Of a stretch of 32,000 bases of DNA, positions 1-9,251 are shown in pieces. Numbering within the stretch: position 1 is the first letter of the stretch; every line of letters begins with the position of its first letter. The stretch spans positions 1,080,001 to 1,112,000 of the forward strand of contig NZ_CP017260.1 in assembly GCF_001735745.1 (NCBI RefSeq). The letters are read 5' to 3'. This DNA comes from Formosa sp. Hel1_33_131 (GTDB lineage: Bacteria; Bacteroidota; Bacteroidia; Flavobacteriales; Flavobacteriaceae). Below the pieces are notes generated by a model. The model was not told where the DNA came from, made no database searches, and worked only from the letters and a program-made list of their open reading frames with translations. The position numbers and the translations under genes are program-made.

Positions 1-2
1 TC

Positions 3-185
3 GCCAATCTTTACGATCGCTTTCTGTATGGTTCGGTAACTGACTTTTTATATATAGATCTAGGGGGCGTACTCAAAACAGGCATCTTTAACAGTGCCGA
101 TTTATCAGTGACCACTGGTATGATTTTGTTGTTATTGTCGTCCTTCTTAAGTCGTCCTTCAAAAACTGCTGAACCGTCTAATTAA
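3..185 (+). CDS. lspA: Lipoprotein signal peptidase II, C-terminal fragment (5' end lies outside the window)
   Basis: Frame 3 reads ANLYDRFLYGSVTDFLYIDLGGVLKTGIFNSADLSVTTGMILLLLSSFLSRPSKTAEPSN*. It carries the conserved LspA C-terminal motifs GN(L/A)xDR, VxDF and FNxAD. It is missing from the ORF track because the window edge truncates it. Confidence 0.7.
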   Translation, partial: ANLYDRFLYGSVTDFLYIDLGGVLKTGIFNSADLSVTTGMILLLLSSFLSRPSKTAEPSN

Positions 186-188
186 TAT

Positions 189-1343
189 TTATTTGGACAG
201 AAAATCAATGATGGTTGAGGTAATAAAATCGATTTGATCGTCCTCCAATTCGGTATGCATTGGCAATGAAATGACTTCGTCAATTAAGGTATTTGTCACT
301 TTAAAATCTGCATCATTATAACGGTCATCCACATAAGCTTTTTGCTTATGTAATGGAATTGGATAGTAAACCCCACAAGGAATATCTTTTGATTGCAAAT
401 GTGCCGCTAAGGCATCTCTATCTGCATTTTGTATTTTTAAAGTGTATTGATGAAATACGTGACAATCACAGTTGTCACAAATTGTTTCACATCCGTTGCC
501 CGCTTTAGGCGTGATTATATTTTTATGATTTTTAAACGCAGCATTGTATTTTCGAGCAGCAGATTGACGTGCTTTGTTATACGCATCCAACTTTGGAAGC
601 TTTGCATCTAGAACGGCTGCTTGGATAGAATCCAATCGAGAGTTCACTCCTACCACATCGTGGTGGTAGCGTTTGTACATCCCGTGATTTACAATCCCTC
701 TGATTGTGTGTGCCAAGTCATCGTCATTGGTGAAAATAGCACCGCCATCTCCATAACACCCTAAATTTTTAGAAGGAAAAAAAGAAGTGGAAGCCACATG
801 ACCGATTGTTCCAGCTTTGGCTTTTGAACCATTTTTAGAAGTGAAATTCGCGCCAATGGCTTGCGCATTGTCTTCTATTACAAATAAATTATGTGCTTCT
901 GCCAGTTCCATAATGGCATCCATATTGGCACATTGACCAAATAAATGTACGGGCACAATGGCTTTTGTTTTTGGAGTAATGGCTTTTTTGACGGCTTCTA
1001 TATCGATGTTAAATTTATCTGGATCGACATCCACTAAAACAGGCGTCAGTCCTAGTAAGGCAATTACTTCAACGGTGGCTGCAAAAGTAAAATCGGCGGT
1101 GATGACTTCATCGCCCGGTTTTAAACCAAGTCCCATCATCGCAATTTGTAAGGCATCCGTTCCGTTGGCACAAGGAATCACGTGTTTGATTCCTAGGTAG
1201 GCTTCTAAATTTGCTTGAAATTCTTTAACTTTTGGACCGTTAATGAAAGAGGCGTTATCAATAACTTCTTGAATGGAAGCATTTACAACTTCTTTTATAG
1301 AGGCATACTGACCTTTTAGGTCAACCATTTGAATTTTGTTCAT
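189..1343 (-). CDS. DegT/DnrJ/EryC1/StrS-family PLP-dependent sugar aminotransferase
   Basis: 384 aa. The N-terminus MVDLKGQY...FINGPKVKEFE-like and the segments CANGTDALQIA, DNAQAIGA and SFFPSKNLGCYGDGGA (lysine region) are typical of this family. Confidence 0.85.
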   Translation of the reverse strand: MNKIQMVDLKGQYASIKEVVNASIQEVIDNASFINGPKVKEFQANLEAYLGIKHVIPCANGTDALQIAMMGLGLKPGDEVITADFTFAATVEVIALLGLTPVLVDVDPDKFNIDIEAVKKAITPKTKAIVPVHLFGQCANMDAIMELAEAHNLFVIEDNAQAIGANFTSKNGSKAKAGTIGHVASTSFFPSKNLGCYGDGGAIFTNDDDLAHTIRGIVNHGMYKRYHHDVVGVNSRLDSIQAAVLDAKLPKLDAYNKARQSAARKYNAAFKNHKNIITPKAGNGCETICDNCDCHVFHQYTLKIQNADRDALAAHLQSKDIPCGVYYPIPLHKQKAYVDDRYNDADFKVTNTLIDEVISLPMHTELEDDQIDFITSTIIDFLSK

Positions 1344-1383
1344 TTCTTTAAATTACGTTTCGAAGCAATATATTTTGCACAAA

Positions 1384-1399
1384 CAAAAATACAAAATTA
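1384..1399 (-). promoter_or_regulatory. Two adjacent Bacteroidota -7 box matches (TATTTTTG, TAATTTTG) upstream of the aminotransferase gene
   Basis: The reverse complements of 1384-1391 and 1392-1399 both match TAnnTTTG. They lie 41-56 nt upstream of the ATG at 1343. The DNA is AT-rich, so chance matches are plausible. Confidence 0.25.
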
Positions 1400-1433
1400 G
1401 CATTGCTTAGTCATAAAATTAATATAAAGAATG

Positions 1434-1441
1434 TATTTTTG
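1434..1441 (+). promoter_or_regulatory. Bacteroidota -7 box match (TATTTTTG) upstream of waaA
   Basis: TATTTTTG matches TAnnTTTG and ends 17 nt before the TTG start at 1459. The frame opens at 1423 and has no in-frame ATG until far downstream, which fits a short leader. Confidence 0.3.
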
Positions 1442-1458
1442 CCTCAAATAATAGGCTA

Positions 1459-2703
1459 TTGGGACTTTTTTATAACATCATCGTTGAACTCGCTGCAATT
1501 TCTGTTCGTCTTTTTGGAGGCCTTCACAAAAAAACTCAAAAGGGTCAAGAAGGTCGGAACGAAAGTCTTCAAATTTTAGCACAGGAACTGAAAGAAACGG
1601 ATAAAGTGATCTGGATGCACTGCTCGTCTTTAGGAGAATATGAACAAGGATTGCCTTTCTTTGAACCCTTAACAAAACAGTATAAAGACCATAAATTTGT
1701 GATGACTTTTTTCTCTCCTTCGGGCTATGAAATCAGAAAAAACAATCCCATTGCGGATGTGGTTGTGTACCTTCCTTTGGATCAAAAATCTATTGTAAAA
1801 AAGTTTTTAGACCTCACGCATCCTGAATTGGTGGTGTTTGTCAAGTATGATCTTTGGCCAAATTATTTGTTGGAAATAAAGCGTCGAAATATCACTTCCA
1901 TCTTAATTTCAGCCTTGTTTAGACCGTCTCAAGCGTACTTTAAATTTTATGGTGGGTGGCTCAAACAGTTGCTTTTTACATTTGATCATATTTTTACGCA
2001 GGATACAGATTCAAAAGTGTTATTGAATTCTATTGGATACGATGCCGTCACCGTTTCAGGCGATACGCGTTTTGACCGTGTTGGGAATCAAATGAACACA
2101 GACAATACATTGGATTTTATTGCGGAGTTTAAGAACAATCAAACCTGTGTCGTAGCTGGAAGTACGTGGCCAGAAGATGAAGTGCTGCTGGTTGATTATA
2201 TTAATAATTGCAAAGACGATGTCAAGTTTATCATTGCTCCCCATAATATGGATTTGAATCAGATTAAATCGATGGCAAAACGGATTGAAAAACCAACGGT
2301 ACTTTACTCGAATTATAAGAATGAAACGCTGAAAGACAAAACGGTTTTTGTAGTAGACACCATTGGTCTCTTAACCAAAATTTATAACTATGCAGATGTT
2401 GCTTATGTAGGTGGCGGTATGGGCACTACGGGGCTTCATAACACACTAGAGGCGGCTACTTTTGCGGTTCCTATTGTGATTGGGAAGAATCATAAAAACT
2501 TCCCTGAGGCAAAAGCCATGCAAACTCTTGGTGGTTTGATTAGTATCAGCAACTATGACGCGCTGCATTCGGCCTTAGATGGATTTGTTTATGATTTGGA
2601 AAAAAGAACAAAATCGGGTCAAATAAACAAACACTATGTAGAAGACAACAAAGGGGCTTCTGAAATTGTGATGACCGAATTACAACAGATTTTTAAGAAG
2701 TAA
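1459..2703 (+). CDS. waaA: 3-deoxy-D-manno-octulosonic acid (Kdo) transferase
   Basis: 414 aa. The VIWMHCSSLGEYEQGLP motif corresponds to the KdtA W(I/V)HxxSxGE motif. The C-terminal GT-B region reads VGGGMG..GLHNTLEAA. The apparent start is TTG. Confidence 0.8.
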   Translation: MGLFYNIIVELAAISVRLFGGLHKKTQKGQEGRNESLQILAQELKETDKVIWMHCSSLGEYEQGLPFFEPLTKQYKDHKFVMTFFSPSGYEIRKNNPIADVVVYLPLDQKSIVKKFLDLTHPELVVFVKYDLWPNYLLEIKRRNITSILISALFRPSQAYFKFYGGWLKQLLFTFDHIFTQDTDSKVLLNSIGYDAVTVSGDTRFDRVGNQMNTDNTLDFIAEFKNNQTCVVAGSTWPEDEVLLVDYINNCKDDVKFIIAPHNMDLNQIKSMAKRIEKPTVLYSNYKNETLKDKTVFVVDTIGLLTKIYNYADVAYVGGGMGTTGLHNTLEAATFAVPIVIGKNHKNFPEAKAMQTLGGLISISNYDALHSALDGFVYDLEKRTKSGQINKHYVEDNKGASEIVMTELQQIFKK

Positions 2704-2738
2704 TCTACGCTTTCTTTAGATGATTATTTACCACCAAA

Positions 2739-5033
2739 TTATAAAGTGATTTTGGTTTCCAATTTTGCATTGGAATCGCCTCCAACAAAGATTGAAAAAT
2801 CGCCTGGTTCTAAAACAAAATCGCCTTGATTGTTATAAAATCCAAGTTCTTTTTCTGTAAGGGTAAATGAAATTTCCTTGCTTTCATTTGGCTCAAGACT
2901 GACCAGTTCAAAACCTTTGAGTTCTCTAACAGGGCGTGTGACACTTGCGTAATGATCTCTAATGTATAACTGAACGACTTCTTTTCCTGTTAATTTTCCA
3001 GAGTTTTTTAGCGTGACGGATACGGTGACTTCTTTGTCAGATACTGCTTGCGCTTGAAGGCTACTGTATTCAAATGTGGTATAGCTTAGCCCATATCCGA
3101 AAGGGTATAAAGGACTGTTTTCTACATCTTGATAATGAGACCAAAACACTTTTCCGGGTGCCGGTAAGGTAGGACGGCCTGTATTTTTGTAATTATAATA
3201 GATGGGAATTTGACCCACAGCTCTTGGGAAACTCATCGGTAATTTTCCACTTGGGTTGTAATCGCCATAGAGTACTTGTGCAATGGCATTTCCACTTTGA
3301 GTTCCTAATTGCCAAGCCTCCACAATTGCGGGGAGGTGTTCCTGATGCCAGTTTAGTACTAAGGGCCTTCCGTTGTTTAAGACTAAAACAATGTTTTTAT
3401 TGACCTTGTAAATGGCTTCTAAAAGCTCTTGTTGAACCCCTGGCAATCCGAGTTCTGTGCGGCTTCTGCCTTCGCCACTTTGGTAGCCTATTTCACCCAG
3501 TACCATGACAACGACATCCGCCGTTTTGGCGACAGCAATGGCTTGCGGGAATTCGCTTTTATCGGTGGTGTTTATGTTGACTTCTACAGTGAATTCGGTG
3601 TTGCCTAAACTGACATCGGCGCCTTTCGCATAGGTCAATTGGTTTCCGGTGTAGGCTTGCATTCCTTCTAAAACAGAGACTGCGGTGTTGTCTTTTGCAG
3701 CAATTCTCCAGTTTCCTAAAGGGCTTGTTTTATCTGTTGCGAGTGCGCCAATTAACGCAATTTTCTGACCTTGTTTTTTGAGGGGTAATAATTGATTTTC
3801 GTTCTTTAAAAGTACGATGGACTTTTTAGCCATGTCTAAACAGGCATCGTGAAACGCTTGTTGTCCAATGACTTCTTTTTCGCGTTGTGCATCGCAATAT
3901 TTATAGGGGTCTTCAAAAAGACCTAATTCAAATTTTACACGCAAAATACGTTTGGCGGCATCATCGATATAGGCTTGTTTGACTTTTCCTTCTCTCACTA
4001 AATCTGCCAATTCATTGACATATAAATAGGATTCCATATCCATATCAGAGCCAGCGTTGGCTGCAATTTGGGCGGCATGCTTGTTGTCTTTTGCGTATCC
4101 ATGAGAAATCATTTCTTCAATAGAACCCCAATCCGAGACTACAAATCCGTCAAATTCCCATTTGTCTTTGAGAATATCTCGTTGTAAATAGCTGTTACCT
4201 GTGGCAGGAATTCCATTGAGTTCACTAAAAGAATTCATAAAGGTTCTGACACCTGCATCAATGGTGGCTTGAAAGGGTGGGAAAATAATGTTGTTTAAAG
4301 TGGAGGTTCCTACATCGGCGGTGTTGTATTCTCTTCCTGATTCGGCAAAGCCATAGGCTGCGAAATGCTTCGCACAGGCTGCCAATGTGGTGTGTTTTGA
4401 TAAATCTGATCCTTGAAATCCTTGCACTCTTGCAAACGCAATTTTGGAGCCTAAATAGGGATCTTCACCAGCGCCTTCCATGACACGTCCCCATCGGGCA
4501 TCGCGTGAAATATCGACCATGGGTGCAAAGGTCCAGTTTATGCCTGCGGCCGCAGCTTCTTCCGCCGCGACTTCTGCTGATTTTTTGATGGCTTCTAAAT
4601 CCCAACTCGCAGATTCTGCTAAAGGAATTGGGCTTAGGGTTTCATAGCCATGAATGACATCAAAACCTATAATTAAGGGAATGCCTAAGCGGGTTTCTTC
4701 GACGGCAATTTTTTGAATTTTGCGAACATTTTCAACGCCTCTAAGATTGAGCATGGATCCTACATAGCCTTTGCGAAGGTGTTCGTATTTTTTAGCAGCG
4801 TCGCCATTACTTGGTGCAGGGCCTGTAAGGTCCCAAAACCCACTGTATTGGTTCATCTGACCGATCTTTTCTTCGAGGGTCATTTGTTTCAGTAGGGTTT
4901 CTACTTTTTGCTCTACATCTACTACTGATGTTATTGAGGATGAACGGGTTTCTGAGTGGGTTGTATTCGGATTTTGACAGGCGTTTAATCCGATCAGAAA
5001 ACATACGATTGCTACTGTTAAATTGGGTTTCAT
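2739..5033 (-). CDS. bglX: GH3 family beta-glucosidase, lipoprotein
   Basis: 764 aa. The lipobox is LIGLNAC. GH3 signatures include KHFAAYG, GFVVSDW (nucleophile region) and a C-terminal fibronectin-like domain. The gene starts 4 nt downstream of the GH16 gene. Confidence 0.9.
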   Translation of the reverse strand: MKPNLTVAIVCFLIGLNACQNPNTTHSETRSSSITSVVDVEQKVETLLKQMTLEEKIGQMNQYSGFWDLTGPAPSNGDAAKKYEHLRKGYVGSMLNLRGVENVRKIQKIAVEETRLGIPLIIGFDVIHGYETLSPIPLAESASWDLEAIKKSAEVAAEEAAAAGINWTFAPMVDISRDARWGRVMEGAGEDPYLGSKIAFARVQGFQGSDLSKHTTLAACAKHFAAYGFAESGREYNTADVGTSTLNNIIFPPFQATIDAGVRTFMNSFSELNGIPATGNSYLQRDILKDKWEFDGFVVSDWGSIEEMISHGYAKDNKHAAQIAANAGSDMDMESYLYVNELADLVREGKVKQAYIDDAAKRILRVKFELGLFEDPYKYCDAQREKEVIGQQAFHDACLDMAKKSIVLLKNENQLLPLKKQGQKIALIGALATDKTSPLGNWRIAAKDNTAVSVLEGMQAYTGNQLTYAKGADVSLGNTEFTVEVNINTTDKSEFPQAIAVAKTADVVVMVLGEIGYQSGEGRSRTELGLPGVQQELLEAIYKVNKNIVLVLNNGRPLVLNWHQEHLPAIVEAWQLGTQSGNAIAQVLYGDYNPSGKLPMSFPRAVGQIPIYYNYKNTGRPTLPAPGKVFWSHYQDVENSPLYPFGYGLSYTTFEYSSLQAQAVSDKEVTVSVTLKNSGKLTGKEVVQLYIRDHYASVTRPVRELKGFELVSLEPNESKEISFTLTEKELGFYNNQGDFVLEPGDFSIFVGGDSNAKLETKITL

Positions 5034-5037
5034 TATT

Positions 5038-6144
5038 TTATTGATAAACTCTTATATAATCTACTTCCATTGCATCGGATGTAAAGTTAGGATCAATAGT
5101 ACCTCCGTTACTGCCACCCATTGCTAGGTTAAATATTAGAAAGAAGTTGGCATCAAAAGGCAGGGTACTGTTTGTGGAGAGTGCATAGGTTTCGACGCCG
5201 TCAATTAACGCTTTAATACTACCAGCTCTCCAGTCTAAAGAATAGATGTGAAACTCGGCAGGCGTGCTTAAATTCGTCGGCTGTCCATGACTAGCAGGGG
5301 TCCCATTATTATTCCAATGGCAGGTGGTTTGCACATACGATTTATCTTCAAATTGTTCCATGATGTCAATTTCTCCACAATACGGCCATCCTTCAGAACT
5401 AAAACTAGAGCCTAACATCCATAAGGCAGGCCAAGTCCCCGCAACGGATGGAAGTTTCGCGCGAATATCAATCCGTGCATATTTGAAGTCGATTTTATTT
5501 TGAGTTGTAATACGAGCAGAAGAATACGTTCCATTCGATTCTTTTACAGCCGTTATTTTTAAAATGCCGTTTTCTTTAACAACATTATTAGTATTGCTTG
5601 TGTAGATCTGAACTTCTTGATTGCCCCAGCCGCCGCCGCCAGTCTCAAAATTCCAAAATTCGGTATTGATAGATCCATTACCATCAAATTCATCTGACCA
5701 GACTAAAACATCATTATTGCCAGAACCTCCATTGGTGTTTCCATCCACCTCAATTGTTAAGTTTTTAATGGTACTGATGCGTTCGTCAGTGTTTGAATAT
5801 GCATAAATAGTGAGTGCAAATTGATTGGTTCCAGATGTATTAATGGTATGAGAAAAAACACCCGTGGTGTTTTGAGATTCTGTACCGTTACCCACTTTAA
5901 ATCCGTATTTAACAGCATTGGTTGCTGTGGCTGTACAGCTAAAAATACCAGATCCATCGCCATAAGGGTTTGCTGTGTCCTGTCCTTGAATTGTGACAGT
6001 TGCCACTAAGTTGGAGGGTGTGTTTTGTTGATTTCCACCACCTCCACTACCAGAGTCTGAGGAATCATCGTCGCCAGAAGAACACCCTATGAGGGTGAGA
6101 CTGACGATCGTAAATAAAAGTGTAAAAGATTTTAAGTTTTTCAT
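5038..6144 (-). CDS. GH16 endo-beta-1,3-glucanase (laminarinase) with N-terminal PKD/Ig-like module, lipoprotein
   Basis: The catalytic motif GEIDIMEQ matches ExDxxE, and WPALWMLG is also present. I chose the start at MKNLKSF...LTLIGC (ATG at 6144) because the longer ORF to 6201 runs through a perfect terminator palindrome. Confidence 0.85.
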   Translation of the reverse strand: MKNLKSFTLLFTIVSLTLIGCSSGDDDSSDSGSGGGGNQQNTPSNLVATVTIQGQDTANPYGDGSGIFSCTATATNAVKYGFKVGNGTESQNTTGVFSHTINTSGTNQFALTIYAYSNTDERISTIKNLTIEVDGNTNGGSGNNDVLVWSDEFDGNGSINTEFWNFETGGGGWGNQEVQIYTSNTNNVVKENGILKITAVKESNGTYSSARITTQNKIDFKYARIDIRAKLPSVAGTWPALWMLGSSFSSEGWPYCGEIDIMEQFEDKSYVQTTCHWNNNGTPASHGQPTNLSTPAEFHIYSLDWRAGSIKALIDGVETYALSTNSTLPFDANFFLIFNLAMGGSNGGTIDPNFTSDAMEVDYIRVYQ

Positions 6145-6149
6145 AGTTA

Positions 6150-6157
6150 CAAAAATA
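6150..6157 (-). promoter_or_regulatory. -7 box match (TATTTTTG) abutting the GH16 start codon
   Basis: The reverse complement of 6150-6157 is TATTTTTG. It ends 5 nt before the ATG at 6144 and sits directly downstream of the terminator. Confidence 0.25.
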
Positions 6158-6164
6158 AATAATA

Positions 6165-6199
6165 ATAAAAAAAGAGGCGAAATTTCGCCTCTTTTTTTC
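6165..6199. terminator. Bidirectional rho-independent terminator
   Basis: A perfect 20-nt palindrome agaggcgaaatttcgcctct lies at 6173-6192, flanked by an A-run on the left and a T-run on the right. It sits about 20 nt after the stop of the 6218-7168 gene. Confidence 0.8.
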
Positions 6200-6217
6200 A
6201 ATGTTTTACTGATTTGA

Positions 6218-7168
6218 TTAATTTGCTACTTTATATTTAGCATACCATGCAAATCCACCACCTTCTTGTATTGATCTGACATGAAGTTCTGTAGCACTGA
6301 TAGAAATGATATCGTAAACGACTTCACCTATATACCAACCCATAAAACCACCGTCTGAGAACTGAAAGCTAGTCATTCTATATGGGACATCGTCATAAGA
6401 TCCTTCAAGAGCGGCTTTGGATGATGATGGAGAAAATGAAACATTTTTAACTCCAAACATGGTTGTAGCCACTGTATCATCATGACAAGTGTCGCCACCG
6501 ACTCCTATAACATCAGCATAAGCTCCTGGTACAAATGCAGGGCCTACTGTTTGTTCAAAAGTAAGACCATTTGCTGTTGTTGTAAAAACAAATTCGTTGG
6601 TGTACATACATGATTTTTCTGGATCATTGGGTTGTATTGCATTCCACCAATTTGGCCATGCAAATTCGCCTCCGCCGTAGTCATCTGTAACAGGGCCTAG
6701 ACCTATATGTAATGGAATGTCCGAAGCCCAAACCCATGTTTTAGTATCGCCTTCATTGAGTCCACTTAAGAATTCTAAGGCCTCTAAGTCTTCGAATGAG
6801 CTAAAGACACTAATGTCAATAGAGGTGCTAGACAAGGTGCCGCCAGTACCTACAGCATTAATAATTACGGTGTAATCATTAATTCCGGTTTGAGAATACC
6901 TGTGAGATATCATCCCAGAAGGTGCTACTTCTGAATTTCCGTCTCCAAAGTTAAACTGATATGTAACTCCATTTACAGCAGTCACTGTAAAGTTTACAAA
7001 TCCATCGCCATCGCCATTTGGATTGTCGGCATCTTGACCAACAATTTCTGCGGTTACTTGTACGTTCGTTGGCGCAGTGATTGGACCAAACTCGTGACTG
7101 TCTTCCTCGCAACTTGTGAAAAGTGCTAAGGTTAAACATAAACTGAATAAATATTTTATTTGCTTCAT
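6218..7168 (-). CDS. PKD-domain surface lipoprotein, putative PUL-encoded glycan-binding protein
   Basis: I chose the start MKQIKYLFSLCLTLALFTSC (lipobox). The PKD-like module is VTAEIVGQDADNPNGDGDGFVNFTV...FGDGN, and the roughly 190-aa C-terminal domain is uncharacterised. Its position directly after the SusD/SGBP genes is typical. Confidence 0.7.
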   Translation of the reverse strand: MKQIKYLFSLCLTLALFTSCEEDSHEFGPITAPTNVQVTAEIVGQDADNPNGDGDGFVNFTVTAVNGVTYQFNFGDGNSEVAPSGMISHRYSQTGINDYTVIINAVGTGGTLSSTSIDISVFSSFEDLEALEFLSGLNEGDTKTWVWASDIPLHIGLGPVTDDYGGGEFAWPNWWNAIQPNDPEKSCMYTNEFVFTTTANGLTFEQTVGPAFVPGAYADVIGVGGDTCHDDTVATTMFGVKNVSFSPSSSKAALEGSYDDVPYRMTSFQFSDGGFMGWYIGEVVYDIISISATELHVRSIQEGGGFAWYAKYKVAN

Positions 7169-7193
7169 AATATTATTTTTAGATTTTAAAGGA

Positions 7194-9239
7194 TTAGTTT
7201 TGAGATATATCATCTACGTAGATGGTGTAATCTGCTGAGCCATCTCCTTGAGTTCCATTATCCATAATCAATACCATATTATACCAATCGATGCTCGTGT
7301 CTATCGCTGAATGATCGAATGACAACGTTTGCCACTGATTTGCTACGGTTGTCGTCGCTGTAATTTCAGCTGAACCAGCATTGTTTGGCCATGGCACAGC
7401 ATCTTCAAACTTCATCATAAGATTAAGACCTGCTCTAGGGGACCAGACTTTAACCGACACTGATGTTGATCCTGCAAAAGAAAATGGTGTTGGAACTGTG
7501 ATTTTAGATCCTGCCCATGGTTGTCCTGATCCTTTTACAAGTTCTAAGACTGAACCTGAAGTATTGCCATTTGTATCTGGATTTGCGATCACTGCTGTGG
7601 TACCACCATCAAAACCATCTAATGTAAAGCCTGGTTCAAAATCTAAAATTGGATCCGAAGATATATCATCTACGTAGATGGTGTAATCTGCTGAGCCATC
7701 TCCTTGAGTTCCGTTATCCATAATCAATACCATATTATACCAATCGATGCTCGTGTCAATCGCTGAATGATCGAATGACAACGTTTGCCACTGATTCGCT
7801 ACGGTTGTCGTCGCTGTAATTTCAGCTGAACCAGCATTGTTTGGCCATGGCACAGCATCTTCAAACTTCATCATAAGAGTAAGACCTGCTCTAGGGGACC
7901 AGACTTTAACCGACACTGATGTTGATCCTGCAAAAGAAAATGGTGTTGGAACTGTGATTTTAGATCCTGCCCATGGTTGTCCTGATCCTTTTACAAGTTC
8001 TAAGACTGAACCTGAAGTATTGCCATTTGTATCTGGATTTGCGATCACTGAAGTAGTACCGCCATCAAAACCATCTAATACATAAGGTGTTTCAAATGTG
8101 ATAGGTGTTGGTCCAGAAGTATTGCTAGATGTTTTGTAAAAATATAAATTATCTATATAAACAATTGCACTGTTACCAGTAGTATCATATAACAATTGAG
8201 TTATACCAGATACATCGGTTGTATAATCTGCTAAAGGAATTTCTACGCTTACCCAAGCACCTAAAGTGATAGGGCTCACAAATTCAATGTCTTCTTTTAA
8301 CGGGTCTCCATCTGGGTGAGAGGTGTTGACTAGTTTAAGACCTAAAACGGTCGCATCTGGTGTCCAATAGTCAAAATGTACAAATTCCATAGCTGAAAGA
8401 TCCGTTGCATTTCCGTAATCGGTTACAATTCCAGTATAGTTTAAATCGCTATAAAACCAAGTATTGTTTGCTTCAACTTGAACTTCGGTTAGGACTGTTG
8501 TTTGTCCCCATCCAGGATTTAGTTCAGATAAATCAACATTGGTATAGGCATCACTGTATATTGAGACTACATCCGTAGCTTGTCTTGATGGCGGTGTTGG
8601 TGCCGCTGTTAAAGGTGCTACAATAGCCGTGACTTCAAATTCTTCGGTATAGGTGGTTGTTTCAATAGCTGCTCCCATAACGACTACGGTAATTGTGTAC
8701 GTTCCAGCTTCTTCATAATCTAAAGAAACTATCTCTCCAATGTTACCAGTAACTGGCGTTGTTACACCTGTAACTCCAGAATACACATCAAAGCTCACTG
8801 CAAAATCAGCTTCGGCTAGGATGTTTACACGTTTTGAAATAGCTGTATCATTTTCAATGGTCACCACTAAGTTAGAGGGTGCTTCAAAAGAAATCACTAA
8901 TTCTTGACTCAAGGTTGTTTCTAAGCCTGTGATTCCATAAGCGACTGCGTTTACAGTATAAGTCCCTTCTGCATACGTATGTGCAATGTTTTGTCCGTTT
9001 TCTAAACTTTCAGGTTCGACAGTGTCGTCTCCAAAAGAAATATCAAAACTAACAGCACCTTCTGCTGTAGGAGTGATGGTTACCAAGCCTGTATTGTCTT
9101 GAGTTACTTGAAAAAGCATTGCTAATTCAGTAGGAGCCTCCACTTTGGAGACAAAGCTTAGGTCTGTTACATCGTCTGAACATGTAGTTAGTGTAAAGAC
9201 TACAAGACATAAACTAAATAAATATTTAAGTGTTTTCAT
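7194..9239 (-). CDS. Multidomain surface glycan-binding lipoprotein (SGBP-like)
   Basis: 681 aa. The lipobox is MKTLKYLFSLCLVVFTLTTC. The protein has two Ig/PKD-like modules, then a central putative CBM-like domain (VVSIYSDAYTNV...GWGQ...IYIDNLYFYK), then two near-identical 152-aa C-terminal modules. It lies immediately downstream of susD. Confidence 0.75.
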   Translation of the reverse strand: MKTLKYLFSLCLVVFTLTTCSDDVTDLSFVSKVEAPTELAMLFQVTQDNTGLVTITPTAEGAVSFDISFGDDTVEPESLENGQNIAHTYAEGTYTVNAVAYGITGLETTLSQELVISFEAPSNLVVTIENDTAISKRVNILAEADFAVSFDVYSGVTGVTTPVTGNIGEIVSLDYEEAGTYTITVVVMGAAIETTTYTEEFEVTAIVAPLTAAPTPPSRQATDVVSIYSDAYTNVDLSELNPGWGQTTVLTEVQVEANNTWFYSDLNYTGIVTDYGNATDLSAMEFVHFDYWTPDATVLGLKLVNTSHPDGDPLKEDIEFVSPITLGAWVSVEIPLADYTTDVSGITQLLYDTTGNSAIVYIDNLYFYKTSSNTSGPTPITFETPYVLDGFDGGTTSVIANPDTNGNTSGSVLELVKGSGQPWAGSKITVPTPFSFAGSTSVSVKVWSPRAGLTLMMKFEDAVPWPNNAGSAEITATTTVANQWQTLSFDHSAIDTSIDWYNMVLIMDNGTQGDGSADYTIYVDDISSDPILDFEPGFTLDGFDGGTTAVIANPDTNGNTSGSVLELVKGSGQPWAGSKITVPTPFSFAGSTSVSVKVWSPRAGLNLMMKFEDAVPWPNNAGSAEITATTTVANQWQTLSFDHSAIDTSIDWYNMVLIMDNGTQGDGSADYTIYVDDISQN
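7203..8114 (-). repeat. Perfect-phase tandem duplication, 2 x 456 bp (152 codons), inside the SGBP gene
   Basis: 7205-7600 and 7661-8056 differ at only 4 positions by hand alignment (3 synonymous, 1 N/T change). The promoter-proximal 50-60 bp of each unit diverge. The mirrored antisense ORFs 7381-7677 and 7837-8085 show the same 456-bp offset. Confidence 0.95.
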
Positions 9240-9251
9240 CGTTATATTTTT

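Noticed and set aside
958-1200. Antisense or shadow ORFs inside longer genes. These are 958-1200, 1478-1675, 2056-2244, 4713-4895, 4807-5004, 5621-5806, 5757-5963, 5821-6009, 6951-7139, 11809-12018, 11980-12174, 13378-13572, 15064-15288, 16964-17188, 20879-21211, 21370-21555, 23531-23866, 24116-24478 and 26401-26589.
   Set aside because: Each lies entirely within, and mostly opposite to, a long ORF with clear family motifs. Their translations are low-complexity or compositionally odd and carry no recognisable motifs.
6145-6201. A 19-codon N-terminal extension of the GH16 ORF (MKKRGEISPLFLLLFIFVT).
   Set aside because: The extension is encoded by the terminator palindrome and its T-run. The internal Met gives a textbook lipoprotein signal peptide.
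7381-8085. Two near-identical 82-98-aa plus-strand ORFs (7381-7677 and 7837-8085).
   Set aside because: They are antisense shadows of the 456-bp tandem duplication in the SGBP gene. Their similarity only reflects that duplication.
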